A stretch of DNA of 64,000 bases, taken from the NCBI RefSeq assembly GCF_009914755.1, contig NC_060948.1; one strand, 5' to 3'. The notes beneath the pieces are model-generated. The model saw nothing but the letters and a program-made list of their open reading frames with translations, was not told where the DNA came from and searched no databases. The first letter of the stretch is position 1. Every line of letters starts with the position of its first letter. Of this stretch, positions 63,284 to 64,000 are shown one piece after another. The translations under genes and the position numbers were made by a program. Source of the DNA: the human T2T-CHM13v2.0 reference genome, Homo sapiens.

Positions 63284-64000
63284 AAGTTTAGAGATAAAGG
63301 CTAAGGAATATATTGTAAACCATATAAATAAACATAATTGCAGGTTCTCTAGAGAGCTGTAAGAAACCACTGAAAAATTGCCATTGTGGACAAGGCTGCT
63401 GGCGACAATGTAATGAAAGCAAAGGAGTGGGTCCTTCCCCAGTGAGCCTTTAGATGATACCAGAGGCCGACTTGGCATTTCCACTGCAGCTTTTTGAGAG
63501 ACATGAAACCTAGATGTATGCAGTTTTTTTTTGTTTGCTTGTGTTTGTTTTTTATTTTGTGTGTGTGTGCATGTGTGTGTGTGTAAGCATGCATACATAA
63601 CCAGTTGAACAAACTAGGGTCACCCACACAATGGAATATGATGCAGCTTTTTGTAGATCTTGTAGAATTCATCCTGAATCTATCAGTTCTTGTTTTTTTA
63701 TTTTTTTTGGCTGGTAGGTTACTTATTAGTAATAATTCCATGTCAGAAATTGAAATTGGACAGGCTGGAGCTGAGACTGGGTCCACTTAGATTCTGTTGT
63801 GGAACAGAGAATGGCATGCTTGTAATTTTGGTTGTGATGGTTACTGGAAGGTCTCTGAACAGATGGGCTAGTTCTGCCTGCAGCAAGAGAGCCTGGGGCT
63901 GACAATCAGCTCCCTTGACATCTGCTGTTGAACAGATCATTTAGAGCCTGGTCTCTGCTAAGAAAGTTGCATATTGCCCAGAAAGTTTCTCAAAGATATG

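Overview
Primate genomic DNA (Alu, L1PA and HERV content), very probably from the male-specific Y chromosome of a catarrhine or hominoid. I find no intact protein-coding gene, RNA gene or CRISPR array, and nearly all ORFs in the supplied track are repeat-derived or spurious. Layout: (i) 1-6.05 kb, a degraded HERV-F-type (LTR19-like, tRNA-Phe PBS) provirus with a nested solo LTR and Alu fragments, abutting a THE1 remnant. (ii) 6-17 kb and 27-55 kb, AT-rich intergenic DNA with old L2, MLT1 and L1M plus younger Alu, L1PA, MER1A and LTR insertions. (iii) 17.4-26.9 kb, a minus-strand HERV-K(HML-5)/LTR22 provirus with gag, dUTPase-pro, pol and env all disrupted and the 5' LTR lost. It carries a solo LTR12C, a solo LTR6-like element and two short inverted templated insertions. 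(iv) From about 55.6 kb, an abrupt GC-rich block holding an unprocessed TSPY pseudogene. Its antisense strand, together with an adjacent twin-primed L1, resembles the human PRORY ORF as I recall it, but is disabled here. I did not find a convincingly new biological system. The best leads are the PRORY-like overprinted proto-gene, the LTR12C placed as a possible replacement promoter for the HML-5 env leader, and the templated-insertion scars. Repeat subfamily names come from memory of consensus sequences and need RepeatMasker/Dfam confirmation. Boundaries of old repeats are approximate.
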